A stretch of DNA of 64,000 nucleotides, taken from Rebecca billardiae RCC1528 (lineage: Eukaryota > Protista > Haptophyta). The notes beneath the pieces were generated by a model. That model saw only the letters and a program-made list of their open reading frames with translations, searched no databases and was not told the DNA's origin. This document shows, in pieces, positions 1 through 9,294 of the stretch. A program made the position numbers and the translations under genes. How positions within the stretch are numbered: position 1 is the first letter of the stretch; each line of letters opens with the position of its first letter. Location of the stretch: positions 3,286,001 to 3,350,000 of the forward strand of contig OZ251223.1 of assembly GCA_965240325.2 (NCBI GenBank), given 5' to 3'.

Positions 1-227
1 CCGCGCTGCGCATGCTCTACTTGGGATGCCAGGCGCTGTGGGACGAGGTCAACGCGATCGTGCCGGTCGAGAAGCTGCTGTGCACCGTCTTCTGCTGCGC
101 GTGCTGCGGCTTTCTCTTCTTCATTGCCTCGCACTACGGACTGCTCATCTACAGCGCGGCGCGGCGCGCGCGCGACGAGGGCGAGACCTTGGGCGAAGAG
201 GTCGAGGAGATCGCCGAGGGAGAGTAG
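1..227 (+). CDS. 3' end of a gene running in from the left edge; hydrophobic, Cys-rich membrane segment and acidic tail
   Basis: ORF 12..227 (LLCTVFCCACCGFLFFIASHYGLLIY...EEVEEIAEGE*) with coding-like GC3 bias; start not visible. Confidence 0.5.
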   Translation, partial: ALRMLYLGCQALWDEVNAIVPVEKLLCTVFCCACCGFLFFIASHYGLLIYSAARRARDEGETLGEEVEEIAEGE

Positions 228-859
228 CTGCGCCGCCGACTGTTCTGAGGCATCTGACACACCGTCGCTGATGGTCGCTGGTGGCCTGTTCGGTCATAAT
301 GCCGACGGTCCCATCCGCCCAGTCGGCCAGTCCGCTGTGCACATCAGGCCGCACGAATCACTGCGATGACATTCATTCACATTGACCGGCACTGTCCGGG
401 CCCGGCACGCACCCGGTCAGAGTGTCAGACGGCTCAGACGCAGTGATGCTGACTTCTTTTTTTTGCGTTCTGAAAGTATTCGCCTCATCTGGTGGGCTTC
501 CGCTGCCCCGCCACGACGCTCTGGAGCTGAGCGGCAGCAGCAAGAAAGAGCCAAAATAAAAAAGTCTGCTTTATCTTGCCGATGGCGATCGTATGCAGAC
601 AAGACCAGGTTTCGATCGTAAACCGACAGGTTTTCTGAAAACTGGCGGATTTATGGCCATTTTCTCCGCCTAAATTCACGTCGAGTCGGCGGATGATTTT
701 CGCGCGCCGCGAAAAGCAGCCAATATCGAAATGTCAATAAAAGTGATGCTCGAACAATGACGAGTGACGACGTCACCTGCCGCCAAGGGGGTTCAATCCT
801 GCCGCCGCCGCCGTGCGGCAAAGCGACCGTCATCCTGAAATCCCCGCCACAGTTGCAAC

Positions 860-1333
860 TTGCGGCCTGTCGTGAATCTCGAGCCACCGCAAAGCAGGGG
901 ACCGGCTGCACCGCTGCAGGAGCTCGACGACGAGATGGGCCACAGCGACGAGCCTCCCCCGCCCATGTGGCCCGACGGTAAGACGTGCGGGAAGAGCGGG
1001 CATGGCGTGTACGACGCGTATTCGACAACACCGGCCAAGTGTGACGACAACAACCACTGCGACCCCACCAAAGACCTGAACGAACCAATCATCTTCAACT
1101 CGTGCACGCAGATCTGCATGCTGAAGGGGTTCCATGGGGCGGCTGCGAAGCACGGGATGAAGTTCGGGGGCACGTGCTTTGATAACAACCACATTGACGT
1201 CGATAAGTACGGCGAAGACGTCGTCTGCCCGGGCGCGAAATTCTACGAGGAGTTTAAGGCGTTTGGCATCCACATGTTCACATACACGTGCGAGGCAGGC
1301 ACCGTGATCGATTATGGCAAGCCATACAAGTGA
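860..1333 (+). CDS. Small Cys-rich hypothetical protein; 5' end uncertain, possible upstream exon with acceptor cag at ~917-919
   Basis: ORF with normal amino-acid composition and strong GC3 bias (GKTCGK...KCDDNNHCDP...SCTQIC...TCF...VCP...TCE); no family recognised. Confidence 0.6.
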   Translation: MRPVVNLEPPQSRGPAAPLQELDDEMGHSDEPPPPMWPDGKTCGKSGHGVYDAYSTTPAKCDDNNHCDPTKDLNEPIIFNSCTQICMLKGFHGAAAKHGMKFGGTCFDNNHIDVDKYGEDVVCPGAKFYEEFKAFGIHMFTYTCEAGTVIDYGKPYK

Positions 1334-2355
1334 GGGCTGTCCATCGATTCGGAGCGCCTGTTGCGCGCGTGCGCACGGCTTCACACCACGGGTCCTCTGC
1401 ATGGCCTCTCTGATGCCGACAGCGCTCGCCAACTACCATCGACGACGATTTCAGGCCGTGGGGCCTGCCGGCCGGGTGCCTAAGTTGCGCTGTTGCGCCG
1501 ACCAGTAGTATCTATTCGAACGCACTCACGCGCTTTGCTCAGCGCGGCACGGTAGCCTGCTCGAACTTTTTTGAGGCTTCGAATGGCGACTGTAGTCCGG
1601 TTGCCTAATCGCGCGTACGTAACTCGTAAGTAATAATATTATTATAAATATATTATAATAATGTCGTATGCAGTTTATTTACAGTAGGCAGTAGCTTCCC
1701 GGCTCAATCCCGCACGGCCCGTCGCGGGCGTCGGCCGGTGGGTCGGTAATGGTATACATACTATATATTCGTATAACGTAATACTACTACGACTATCTTA
1801 AATTCTTTGACAGACGTATATATATACACATGCATTACTCTCCGAATGACATCATTATTTATTGTATGCACAACACAGTGCAGCAGCCCGCGCCAGTCAC
1901 TAGTCCAAGACGGCAGACTCAGCATAAGGTGACTGCTATGGCTGTGCTAGCTACTGTACTACTCAGTAGCTACTAGTTAATAAGTAGTGCGCTGATCGCG
2001 GACTAATTATAGGGCGAAATGACGCAGCCATTATAGGCATCATAATACGACATCGATTCGAACTCCAAGCTATAGCCAATAGCCCGCCATGGACCATGTA
2101 TAATATATAATGATCATCGATAACTATACGTACGACTAGCCGCTAATTGATATGATGACTGTGCAGCCTGATAATCACATATAATGATCATGTCGGCCTA
2201 GCAGTAGCTATGCCTATTGCCAGTGCCTGCTCCGGGCGTCTACTGACAGTAGTGACGCGTCTACGGTGCCTCACTGCCTGCATGGTCGGCATATCGTCCT
2301 GAAGCAGCATTGAGGTCGGCGTTGTAGCCATTACACCGGATTCACCGTCGCAACC

Positions 2356-5136
2356 TCATGACTGCTCCCGGCGCGCCAACAGAGAGGCGATCAGCTCGTC
2401 ATCCTGCAGCTCGTCGGGCAGATCTGCGCCTGGAAACTCAAAGTCCGGCTGCGGCCCGCCACCATGACCATGCCCGCCGCCCTGCGCGTCGTCGTCGCCG
2501 CGCCCGGGGGGGGCGCCAGCACCCATGATCACATCGGCCAGCGAGCCACGCCCTTCTCGAGCAAACTTGTCCTCGAGGTAGTGCACGTTCCGCGCGACGC
2601 GCTCGTTCTCAGCGTCCTCGGCCACCTCCTCCTCGTGCGCCGAGCTCACGATGGCGTAGTCCGTCGAGAGGGTCTCGCGGCTGCGCAGAGCACGCTCGAG
2701 CGGCTCGTCTGCGAGCAGCCGTGGCCACTCGACAGCCGTGTCGAGCTCGTCCGGCCCGTGCGCCTTGCGCAGCACGACGGACACGCTGCTCCGTCCGATG
2801 CGCACGGTCGAGAGCGGGCGTGCCAGCTCAGCGCCGGGGCGCGCGCCATCCCCAGCGAACGGCTGCACAGGTGCGTGCAGCGGCACGTCGATCTCGTACT
2901 CGAGCTGGGCGCGATCGATTGCGTCCGTCGCGCCGACTGCCGGCAATGCTCGGCGCGGGGTGCCGCGCACGCGAAGCCGCAGGGTGGCCGCGGCCGCTTG
3001 TCGCGGCGCGAGCACGTCGACCGTCGCGCTGCGCAGCTGCAAGGTCAAGTGCACGCTGTCGCCGCGCTGCGCCCACGCAGCCGGCGGGAAGTGCGCCACT
3101 TCGTGCGCGAGCAGGAGCGCGCGCGCATCGGTGAGCACGCGGCGCAGGGCATCAGCCCGCTCGGGAGGCAACGGCACGGCAGCCGCAGCTCCGGCGTCGG
3201 CGGCCGCGCCCACTGCGGCACCCGAGAGCTGCCATTCGGTGCGAAGTGCGTCGAGCGCGGCGCCTTCGCCCTCCGCACGGTGGACGCGCGCGACGCGCAG
3301 CACGTCCGGGCCGCTCAGCCCGGCCGCGCACTCGCCGGCGCGGGCGGCGCCACGCTGCTCGCCCCCCCGTGCGCCATCGTCAGCCGGCCCCGCGCCCGAG
3401 GCCGCGCGCTCGTGCAGCAGCGAGCTGAGCCAGCCGCGCACAGCCGCCTCATCCCACTCGCCGACAGGGCCCAGGCCTGCGCCCGCAGGGCGCGCGCTCG
3501 AGCCGCTGGTGCCACGCTGGTGCGCCGTCGCTCGCTCGTCGTCGGGGGTCGGGAGAGTAGTGGCGGCCGCCGAGCCCGCGGCCGAGCGCGCACTCTCGGC
3601 CTGCTGGCGCAACGCTGCCGCCGCGGCCGTGTAGTAGCCACCAAACTCCGGCGCGCGCGCGCCCTCAGGCAGCGAGCGCAGCTGCTGCACGCGCGCGCGC
3701 GCGATCGCCGCGCACGCCTCGAGGGTCTCCACCTCGAGCGCGCGCAGCGCAGCGGCGGCGAGCTCGAGGGCGGCTGCATCGGCGCGCGAGCCGACGCCGC
3801 CGTGCGCGCGCGCGCGCTCGAGCACGTCCGCGTCCGCGTCGCCGTCTCCGTGCTCTGCGTGCGCGCGCAGTCGCTCGCTCGTCACGTGCTCCAGGTTGCG
3901 CGCGACGAGCAGCTCCGTCGAGCGCGAGAGTGGGGCCACGCGCGGAGGCCGCTCGTCGGCATCGGCGAACGAGTCCGGGTCGCATGCCACGTGCTCAGGG
4001 GGCGGCTCGCCTGTCGCGAGCAGCGGCATCACGAGCTGGCGCAGCTCGGCGTGCTCGGCCAGGTACACCCGCAGCGCGGAGACGGTGGGCGCGGGCACGC
4101 GGTGCGCGCCGAGCGCGAGGTTCGCCTCCTCAGGCACACCCAGGCCCTCGCGCAGCAGCCGCTGGCGCAGCACCGCCTCGGCCGCGTCGGCGGCCGCGGC
4201 GCGCTCGCGGAGGCTGCCTTCGTCCATGTGGAACACCACGCAGTGCGCGCGACCCGCCCCGTCGGGCGCGGCCGGCGCCGGCGCGAGCTCACCCCTCGCC
4301 ACCAGCAGCTCGGCGCTCCGGCGCGCGCCCAAGTCGACACGCACCTCTTCGCCCGCGCGGAGCGGGCGCAGCGCGGTCAGCCGGACGGAGTTGTCCTCGT
4401 CCTCGCTGAGCCGCGCGCCCTCGGCGCCCGCCATGCCCGGCTGCCAGTGCCGCGCGCTCGACACGAACGGCAGGATGGCGCGGCCGTGCGCGTCGAGCTC
4501 GGCTGAGCAGCACCAGACGAGTGCGAGCGACAGACGCCACGCGCCGAGGGCGGGCGGGCGCCCCCTCGCGAAGAGGCCCTCGTACTTCGCGGCGAATGGT
4601 CGGATCAGAGACGCGTGCGTGTCTCGGACCTCCTCGTCCAGATCCGCGAGGAGCGCGCCCGCGTCCGTGCCGCGCAGCAGCTCCAGCGTGCGCTTGTCAC
4701 CAAAGATGGGTAGCCCCCGGAGCTCGCCGGCCTGCGGCAGCGTTGCCAGCAGCGCGCTGTGCAAGGACTTGTTGCCGCGCGAGTGCTCGCGGGCGAGCGC
4801 CAGGGCGAGCATGAAAGGCGGCACCACTAGCTCCTCGTGCTCCCTGGCCACGCGCTGGATGGGCCCTCGCGCCGAGACGGCCACGGCCGCCGACATGATG
4901 GCCGACGCGGGCACGTGCAAGAGGAGCTCGCCAGAGCTCACGTTCCGCGCGGCGTGCAGTCGGAGGCCGTCGGCGGCACGCTCGAGGCGCAGCGCCGACG
5001 CGTCAACATCTCGCGCGCTCAGCCACTCCCGTAGCGTCACGTCCTCTTGCAGCGCGTGCTCGAGAGGTGCATCCTGTGCTCGAGAGGTGCTCGAGAGGTG
5101 CAGGATGACCAGCACGAGCCACGTCCGCGTCGCCAT
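2356..5136 (-). CDS. SET-domain (Rubisco LSMT/SETD3-like) protein with N-terminal signal peptide, SAM-like segment and C-terminal CS/p23-like domain
   Basis: ATG 5136 MATRTWLVLVILHLSSTSRA (signal peptide); SET motifs GLRLHAARNVSSGELLLHVP, ILPFVSSARH, LTALRPLRAGEEV; VGEWDEAAVRGWLSSL (SAM-like); WAQRGDSVHLTL...VSVVLRKA...WPRLL (CS-like). Confidence 0.7.
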   Translation of the reverse strand: MATRTWLVLVILHLSSTSRAQDAPLEHALQEDVTLREWLSARDVDASALRLERAADGLRLHAARNVSSGELLLHVPASAIMSAAVAVSARGPIQRVAREHEELVVPPFMLALALAREHSRGNKSLHSALLATLPQAGELRGLPIFGDKRTLELLRGTDAGALLADLDEEVRDTHASLIRPFAAKYEGLFARGRPPALGAWRLSLALVWCCSAELDAHGRAILPFVSSARHWQPGMAGAEGARLSEDEDNSVRLTALRPLRAGEEVRVDLGARRSAELLVARGELAPAPAAPDGAGRAHCVVFHMDEGSLRERAAAADAAEAVLRQRLLREGLGVPEEANLALGAHRVPAPTVSALRVYLAEHAELRQLVMPLLATGEPPPEHVACDPDSFADADERPPRVAPLSRSTELLVARNLEHVTSERLRAHAEHGDGDADADVLERARAHGGVGSRADAAALELAAAALRALEVETLEACAAIARARVQQLRSLPEGARAPEFGGYYTAAAAALRQQAESARSAAGSAAATTLPTPDDERATAHQRGTSGSSARPAGAGLGPVGEWDEAAVRGWLSSLLHERAASGAGPADDGARGGEQRGAARAGECAAGLSGPDVLRVARVHRAEGEGAALDALRTEWQLSGAAVGAAADAGAAAAVPLPPERADALRRVLTDARALLLAHEVAHFPPAAWAQRGDSVHLTLQLRSATVDVLAPRQAAAATLRLRVRGTPRRALPAVGATDAIDRAQLEYEIDVPLHAPVQPFAGDGARPGAELARPLSTVRIGRSSVSVVLRKAHGPDELDTAVEWPRLLADEPLERALRSRETLSTDYAIVSSAHEEEVAEDAENERVARNVHYLEDKFAREGRGSLADVIMGAGAPPGRGDDDAQGGGHGHGGGPQPDFEFPGADLPDELQDDELIASLLARREQS

Positions 5137-5263
5137 CGTGTGACCGCGGCTGTCCGGGCGTGTCTGGATTCTGGAAGAGTGGAGGGTGGTGTCTGGAAGA
5201 GTGGAAGACGCCATCAACCAGGCTGTGAAATCGTTCAGCGCATGGCGCGATCGGCGAGGCACG

Positions 5264-5782
5264 ATGGTCTTTCACGTGATCCTGCCGGGAAAGCCGATGG
5301 TGTCAGCCGAGGGCTTCACTCAGCTCGAGCCCAACCGCTGGGTCCTCCCGATCGAGGATGCCAAAGCGGTTGACGAGCTCGTTGTCTTCCTCTCAGCCCC
5401 TCTCTCTTCGGAGCTAGGCCTTGGCGTGCACATTGCTGCGCCACCCTTCGAGGTCTCCCAATGGCATTTCCTGGGGAGCATCGACAACGACACGCCGACT
5501 GCCGTGTTCAAGCCACGATACGTGTGGTCCGAGCGCGACGCCATGCCGACCGTCGCACAGGTTGGCCTCGAGCTGATCACACGCGCTGAGCTTGCCGCGC
5601 GCATCCCAGAAAGGGCATCCAACGAGGTGCTCGAGGTTGCCCAGCTCATCGCAGCTGACCTCGTGAGATACATCAGCAGCTTCGACGACGCGCCAGCGAA
5701 CGTCATCGACAGGTGGCTGCAGCGTTTCACCACGCGATGTCAGAGTCAGGGCGTCGACTGGCTTAGGCGTCGGGACTCGTGA
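5264..5782 (+). CDS. HIKESHI: Hikeshi/OPI10 family Hsp70 nuclear import carrier
   Basis: MVFHVILPGKP...VDELVVFL...WHFLGSIDNDTPTAVFK...PANVIDRWLQRF resembles the Hikeshi/Opi10 N- and C-terminal motifs; intronless. Confidence 0.8.
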   Translation: MVFHVILPGKPMVSAEGFTQLEPNRWVLPIEDAKAVDELVVFLSAPLSSELGLGVHIAAPPFEVSQWHFLGSIDNDTPTAVFKPRYVWSERDAMPTVAQVGLELITRAELAARIPERASNEVLEVAQLIAADLVRYISSFDDAPANVIDRWLQRFTTRCQSQGVDWLRRRDS

Positions 5783-6418
5783 GATTACTGCCGCGGCGCA
5801 TTATTACTATTATGATGCATGCGCTAACTACAATCGCACTCTCTCTCGTCTCGCTTTCTCGCTCTATAAGAGTGTGTACACATAAGCAGTGTGAAATCAA
5901 GCTTGGGATGATGCTGATGAGGAGGCCAGAGTCTTCCGCCGCACTTGCGGCGGCCCGAGACAGTCGTGAGTCGTGAGAGCGGTGTCCGCCCACCGGCCCA
6001 GGCTCCGGCCGCCGGGCAGGTCAGGCGGGCCGCGCCCGCGGGCGCCCGAGAGTCCTGAGACGGCCTTATATGGGCTTGAAGTAGTACCAATGCTGTAAGT
6101 ACGGAATAGGGGCTCACGGCTCAATAACGACTGAAGGTGCTAATATAAGATGACTGCTGATATGCGGCGCGGATGCAAATAAACTATATGTATGCGTCGA
6201 ATGGCCGAGTAGCTTATTAGTTATTACTACGCTGTGCTGGGGCTGAGAGAGAGAGAGTCTGACTGAGAGAGAGCCGAGATGAAGAGCGGCCCCGGAGGCT
6301 GGAGTATCACTATCACTTGGTTCTTCAAGTGGAATTGTTGACGACTGAGTCTGACGACTGTCCACGACACTGGACGGACAGTCTGATAGCTAGCTAGTTA
6401 GCTTACTTGATGTTGTTA

Positions 6419-6423
<5 letters not shown>

Positions 6424-6488
<65 letters not shown>
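6424..6488. repeat. (TA)n microsatellite just downstream of the SPO11 stop
   Basis: About 32 TA units seen directly. Confidence 0.95.
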
Positions 6489-6492
<4 letters not shown>

Positions 6493-6505
6493 ATGCGCTT
6501 CATCG

Positions 6506-7612
6506 TCAGCCTGGAGACGCGACCGCTCGCATCAGCTTGCGTGCGATGAGCTGGGCGAGGGTGACATCCTGCGCGGCCGACGCAGACGAGGCCACGGCGC
6601 CGCTCGCCGGGCCGCCGTGTGCCCCGCTGGTGGAGTCTCCAGCGGCAGCACTGGTCCTGCCAATGTGGTCGATGTCGGTTTTCGCGTCCGTGGCGACCAT
6701 CTTGTCCACCTCGTTCTTGATGAGACGCTCGGTCGCCGAGTCGGGGAGCGATCTCGCAAGCAAGCCGCGGCAGATGGAGCGGTCGCGCTGAGTGAGCGCC
6801 TCGAACCTGGAGGGTGGAAGCCGATCGACGTCAGCGTGGTGCAGGCCGAGCCAGCGCATGCGCGGCACTCGCACGCGCTCGCCCTCCATGCTGGCCTGGG
6901 CCGACGAGGCCTCGCGGTAGCTCAGGAAGATCTGCACGCCCGACGGGTTCCAATCGGTCAGGCACATCGGCACAAGGCGCAGCTGGTCATCAAGCACGCG
7001 CACGAAGGCGCGAGTCGCCAGGTCAGGGAAGCCGCGGCCGGTGCACAGGATCGTCGCGTACGCCTGCGGGAACTGTGCGTCCACGAGCTGCTGGAAGACC
7101 GTGTGCTTCTCGACGACGAGGAGGAATCGCGCAGCGGGCGCGCTCGCGACGAGGGTTGAGATCTCCGAGACGTCGCCTGGGATGCTCCACGGACGTGCAG
7201 ATACATCGATCTGCACTCCGTCGGGGGTGCGCAGGTGCAGCGGGCCGGCGACGACGCCCTTGGGCGCCGCGGTGATGTGCACGGCACTCCGAGGCAGCGC
7301 CGCGCAGCCGAGCTGCGCAGAAAGAAGAGCGAGTACGCGAACGAGCGCATTCGACAAGTCTGACGGCCCAGTGAAGAGCTGCGTTGGCTTCAGCTGATAG
7401 TGCAGATCACGCAACGAGCAGCGCTGCGCGTTGGACAGCATGAGCTGGATCTTGGACAACAGCACCCACTGCTGCGCATACGGCCGCACGCTTCGTCGAC
7501 GCGGAAGCCAGACTGTGCTGCCCATACTTGGTGCGCCTGAAGCCAGCAGTGCATCAAGCGTCGCCAACAGCGCATCGTCGATCGCGCCAAGGACTTGAGC
7601 GTCCGAAACCAT
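6506..7612 (-). CDS. SPO11: Meiotic topoisomerase-VI-A-like protein SPO11 (SPO11-2-like)
   Basis: RDLHY catalytic Tyr motif, APKGVVAG, Toprim FLLVVEKHTVFQQL, TGRGFPDLATRAF, LTDWNPSG (DWNP as in SPO11-2), MRWLGL; likely ATG 7612; the ORF-track extension to 8305 is read-through into the inserted palindrome. Confidence 0.9.
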   Translation of the reverse strand: MVSDAQVLGAIDDALLATLDALLASGAPSMGSTVWLPRRRSVRPYAQQWVLLSKIQLMLSNAQRCSLRDLHYQLKPTQLFTGPSDLSNALVRVLALLSAQLGCAALPRSAVHITAAPKGVVAGPLHLRTPDGVQIDVSARPWSIPGDVSEISTLVASAPAARFLLVVEKHTVFQQLVDAQFPQAYATILCTGRGFPDLATRAFVRVLDDQLRLVPMCLTDWNPSGVQIFLSYREASSAQASMEGERVRVPRMRWLGLHHADVDRLPPSRFEALTQRDRSICRGLLARSLPDSATERLIKNEVDKMVATDAKTDIDHIGRTSAAAGDSTSGAHGGPASGAVASSASAAQDVTLAQLIARKLMRAVASPG

Positions 7613-7731
7613 GATGATGAAGGTACTGGTTCCGCCGCCTTCCGCGTCTCCGCCGCCACGCCTAAGCTCTCGACCAACGGTCTCGTCGTCCAAATAAACA
7701 TTTTCTCGGCGACGAGAAAAGATGGAATTAA

Positions 7732-9251
7732 GGTGGCACGGCAGGAAACCGCCGGACTGCGACGTAACAGCCATGGCTGCCGCGTGCGCACGCCGATTGG
7801 GGGCTCGTGCGCGCCGAGCGCGTACAGCACGGTCCGGAGCGCATGCCGGGTGGTCAAAGCACGTGCGCCGGCCTCCTAGCCCGCCCCCCGATGAGCTCGT
7901 CGCGTCTCTCCTCACGCTCCAGCCGTGGACCAGCGTGCACACGTGCGGGTCGGCTGGCGAGCTGCAGACGCAGTGGATGCGCTGCATGGTTTGTGCGCCA
8001 CTGGCCGCCCAGATGGTCAGAGCGTACGGGGGTGGGCGTGCACACGTGCGTCCAGTCGTTTGAACCGCGCGCAGAGGCTGTTTTGGAGGTGTGCACCTAC
8101 TCGCGGATGTCGGCGGCACTCCGTGGGCAGCCCGTGGGGCCACAGAAGCCACGGCGGGCAGCATTCGGGCGAGATGTACATGGCCCCATGACGGCAGGGA
8201 GCGCTCTGTGCGTACGCTACGGGTCCCGCCGAGGTCATTGATACGGGCTTCGCCTGGGTATGTGGCCTGATCACCCTGCTCGGGGGTCCGCGGATCACCG
8301 TGCATGCGGTGCTGGTGGCCCCCAGCGCCCCGGAGTAGGCTATACGCGGCATGCCAAAACTAGAAATTTGACGTAGAACTTCAACCGGGACCCTAGCTAC
8401 TCTCGAGCCCTTCCCATAAGCTGTGTTCAGCCAGCTCGGCATGCGAATCGGGTTGCACGTTTTGAAATTAACACGAAAATGGTCCAAAATCGCCGATTTT
8501 GGACCATTTTCGTGTTAATTTCAAAACGTGCAACCCGATTCGCATGCCGAGCTGGCTGAACACAGCTTATGGGAAGGGCTCGAGAGTAGCTAGGGTCCCG
8601 GTTGAAGTTCTACGTCAGATTTCTAGTTTTGGCATGCCGCGTATAGCCTACTCTGGGGCGCCGGGGCCACCAGCACCATGGGCGGTGATCCGTGGGCCCC
8701 CGAGCAGCCTGTTCTAGCCACGGACACAGGCGAAGCCCGTATCACTGACCTCGGCGGGACCCGTAGCGTACGCACAGAGCGTTCCCTGCCGCCATGGGGC
8801 CGTGTACATCTCGCCCGAATGCTGCCCGCCGTGGCTTCTGTGGCCCCACGGGCTGCCCACGGAGTGCCGCCGACATCCGCGAGTAGGTGCACACCTCCAA
8901 AACAGCCTCTGCGCGCGGTTCAAACGACTGGACGCACGTGTGCACGCCCACCCCCGTACGCTCTGACCATCTGGGCGGCCAGTGGCGCACAAACCATGCA
9001 GCGCATCCACTGCGTCTGCAGCTCGCCAGCCGACCCGCACGTGTGCACGCTGGTCCACGGCTGGAGCGTGAGGAGAGACGCGACGAGCTCATCGGGGGGC
9101 GGGCCAGGAGGCCGGCGCACGTGCTTTGACCACCCGGCATGCGCTCCGGACCGTGCTGTACGCGCTCGGCGCGCACGAGCCCTCAATCGGCGTGCGCACG
9201 CGGCAGCCATGGCTGTTACGTCGCAGTCCGGCGGTTTCCTGCCGTGCCACC
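7732..9251. mobile_element. 1520-bp non-autonomous palindromic (foldback) DNA element with TTAA target-site duplication; Kolobok/T2-like termini
   Basis: Arm 7732..8492 is the reverse complement of 8494..9251 around a 1-nt centre (8493); termini GGTGGCACGGCAGG...CCTGCCGTGCCACC; TTAA at 7728-7731 and 9252-9255; flanks beyond are unrelated; no transposase ORF. Confidence 0.85.
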
Positions 9252-9294
9252 TTAAAACTAAACGCACCGTTTCATCTGCGAGGCGACGACGGCC

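Noticed and set aside
1500-2350. AT-rich spacer as an ncRNA or foreign insert
   Set aside because: No tRNA, rRNA or snRNA motif recognised; texture matches other intergenic spacers
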